A stretch of 64,000 nt of DNA from the human T2T-CHM13v2.0 reference genome, Homo sapiens. Location: assembly GCF_009914755.1 (NCBI RefSeq), contig NC_060941.1; one strand, 5' to 3'. Below, one piece after another: positions 59,645-64,000 of the stretch. Position numbers and translations under genes: made by a program. Under the pieces are notes generated by a model that was not told the DNA's origin, did not search any database, and saw nothing but the letters and a program-made list of their open reading frames with translations. Within the stretch, counting starts at the first letter, position 1; each line of letters begins with the position of its first letter.

Positions 59645-60246
59645 TTAGCTCTTTCTCAATCTAAAATAAACAGTATCTCTATGATAGTAATTGGTTTACT
59701 AACTTATATTGCAAAGAATATGCCTTAAATTGAAGCTTATGGATAAAACTTTCAGTGTTTATTTTCATAATCACGCTGCTCACTATGTTTAAGAGGAGTC
59801 TTTCCACCTGAAGCATGGCTTACTAGCTGGACGAAATGCAATGTCACACCATCAAATTAGTACTGAAAATGCTGCCAGCTTTAAAATTCAGTCTACTAAT
59901 CTGAGACAACTGGGACCTGTATCTATTGGTTCCTCAAATGAAACCTCGTTAAAGTGGGTAACCATTTTTAAAACAATAATTTCACATCTTCAACATTTTT
60001 AACTTAAAACTTGTAAATGACCTTTACTCACCGATCTTTAAGGCCCAAGGCCTTTTGCTTATGGCTCTGTGGAGGGGCAGAAGTGAAAAGGACAAACAGA
60101 AGATTGGCCAGGAGTGGACACTGGTTGAAGCTGAGTGATGAGGACACAGGGCTTATTATAGTGTACTCTCAACTTCAGTCAAATATGGCACATTTCAATA
60201 TTAAAAGTTAAATACATTAGTCTAAATACTATTTATAAGAAAAACA

Positions 60247-60570
<324 letters not shown>

Positions 60571-61100
60571 AAAAACATCCTCTCCCTAGATGACAAACCA
60601 AAGGTTCAAGAGAATGAAAGCAAACAGACCAGCTTAATACCATCCTCTTCAGTGAGAAACTACCCCAAGGGAGACACCAAATGGAATAAAGGGAGAGAAT
60701 CAAAGAAACAGTTTTAGCTCTGGGTTAAGATGTAAGTTGGAGCCTATAGTGTCTGAGAACTTCTTGTATACTGCAGGCATTCTGCCTCTCCTGTTGACTC
60801 TTGTTGAGTCAGTGAAGGAAATAAATCCTATCTAAAAAGCCTTGCCTCTGCCTCTCCACTCACTTGCATGCCTGTTTAGAAGAAATGGTAGAACATGGGA
60901 AGGCACAGACCGTAGGTGAGAGGTGCCAGGGAGCCTGCTGCTTAGATTCTGCTCCTGCCCTTGGGGTTGCCCAGTAAGGCTCTCCCATGGAGGGTGGGAA
61001 AGGAAGGGGTGAATGGAACAGACTCTCAATCCCACACCTGATGAAAACCAGTTTCTTACAGACTCACTTCATTGAGTCTTTCTAAAACATTCAATTTCTT

Positions 61101-64000
<2,900 letters not shown>

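Overview
Human genomic DNA (it carries a human-specific SVA_F-type element) that is dominated by transposable elements and has no intact protein-coding gene I can support. Three pseudogenes are recognisable. (1) An unprocessed, promoterless copy of GTF2I coding exons 2-6 on the minus strand (~2.9-26.6 kb). (2) A vomeronasal type-1 receptor (VN1R) pseudogene (~35.7-39.2 kb) interrupted by an AluY and a 5'-truncated L1PA3. (3) A processed TUFM pseudogene with poly(A) tail and TSD (~61.1-62.8 kb). The TUFM retrocopy suggests proximal 17q11; this is recalled, not verifiable here. Mobile elements include a Tigger1 > L1PA4 > SVA_F nest inside a GTF2I intron, a full-length L1PA2, an old full-length L1 with an internal 49-bp palindromic minisatellite, a twin-primed old L1PA, more than 20 Alus, and MIR/L2/MER relics. 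I found no new multi-gene biological system. The most interesting signals are mechanistic: possible short-tract gene conversion among neighbouring L1s, two templated insertions into Alus each copied from ~850 bp upstream, a TMEJ-like deletion junction, and a new perfect splice donor in a pseudo-exon lying downstream of an L1 antisense promoter.
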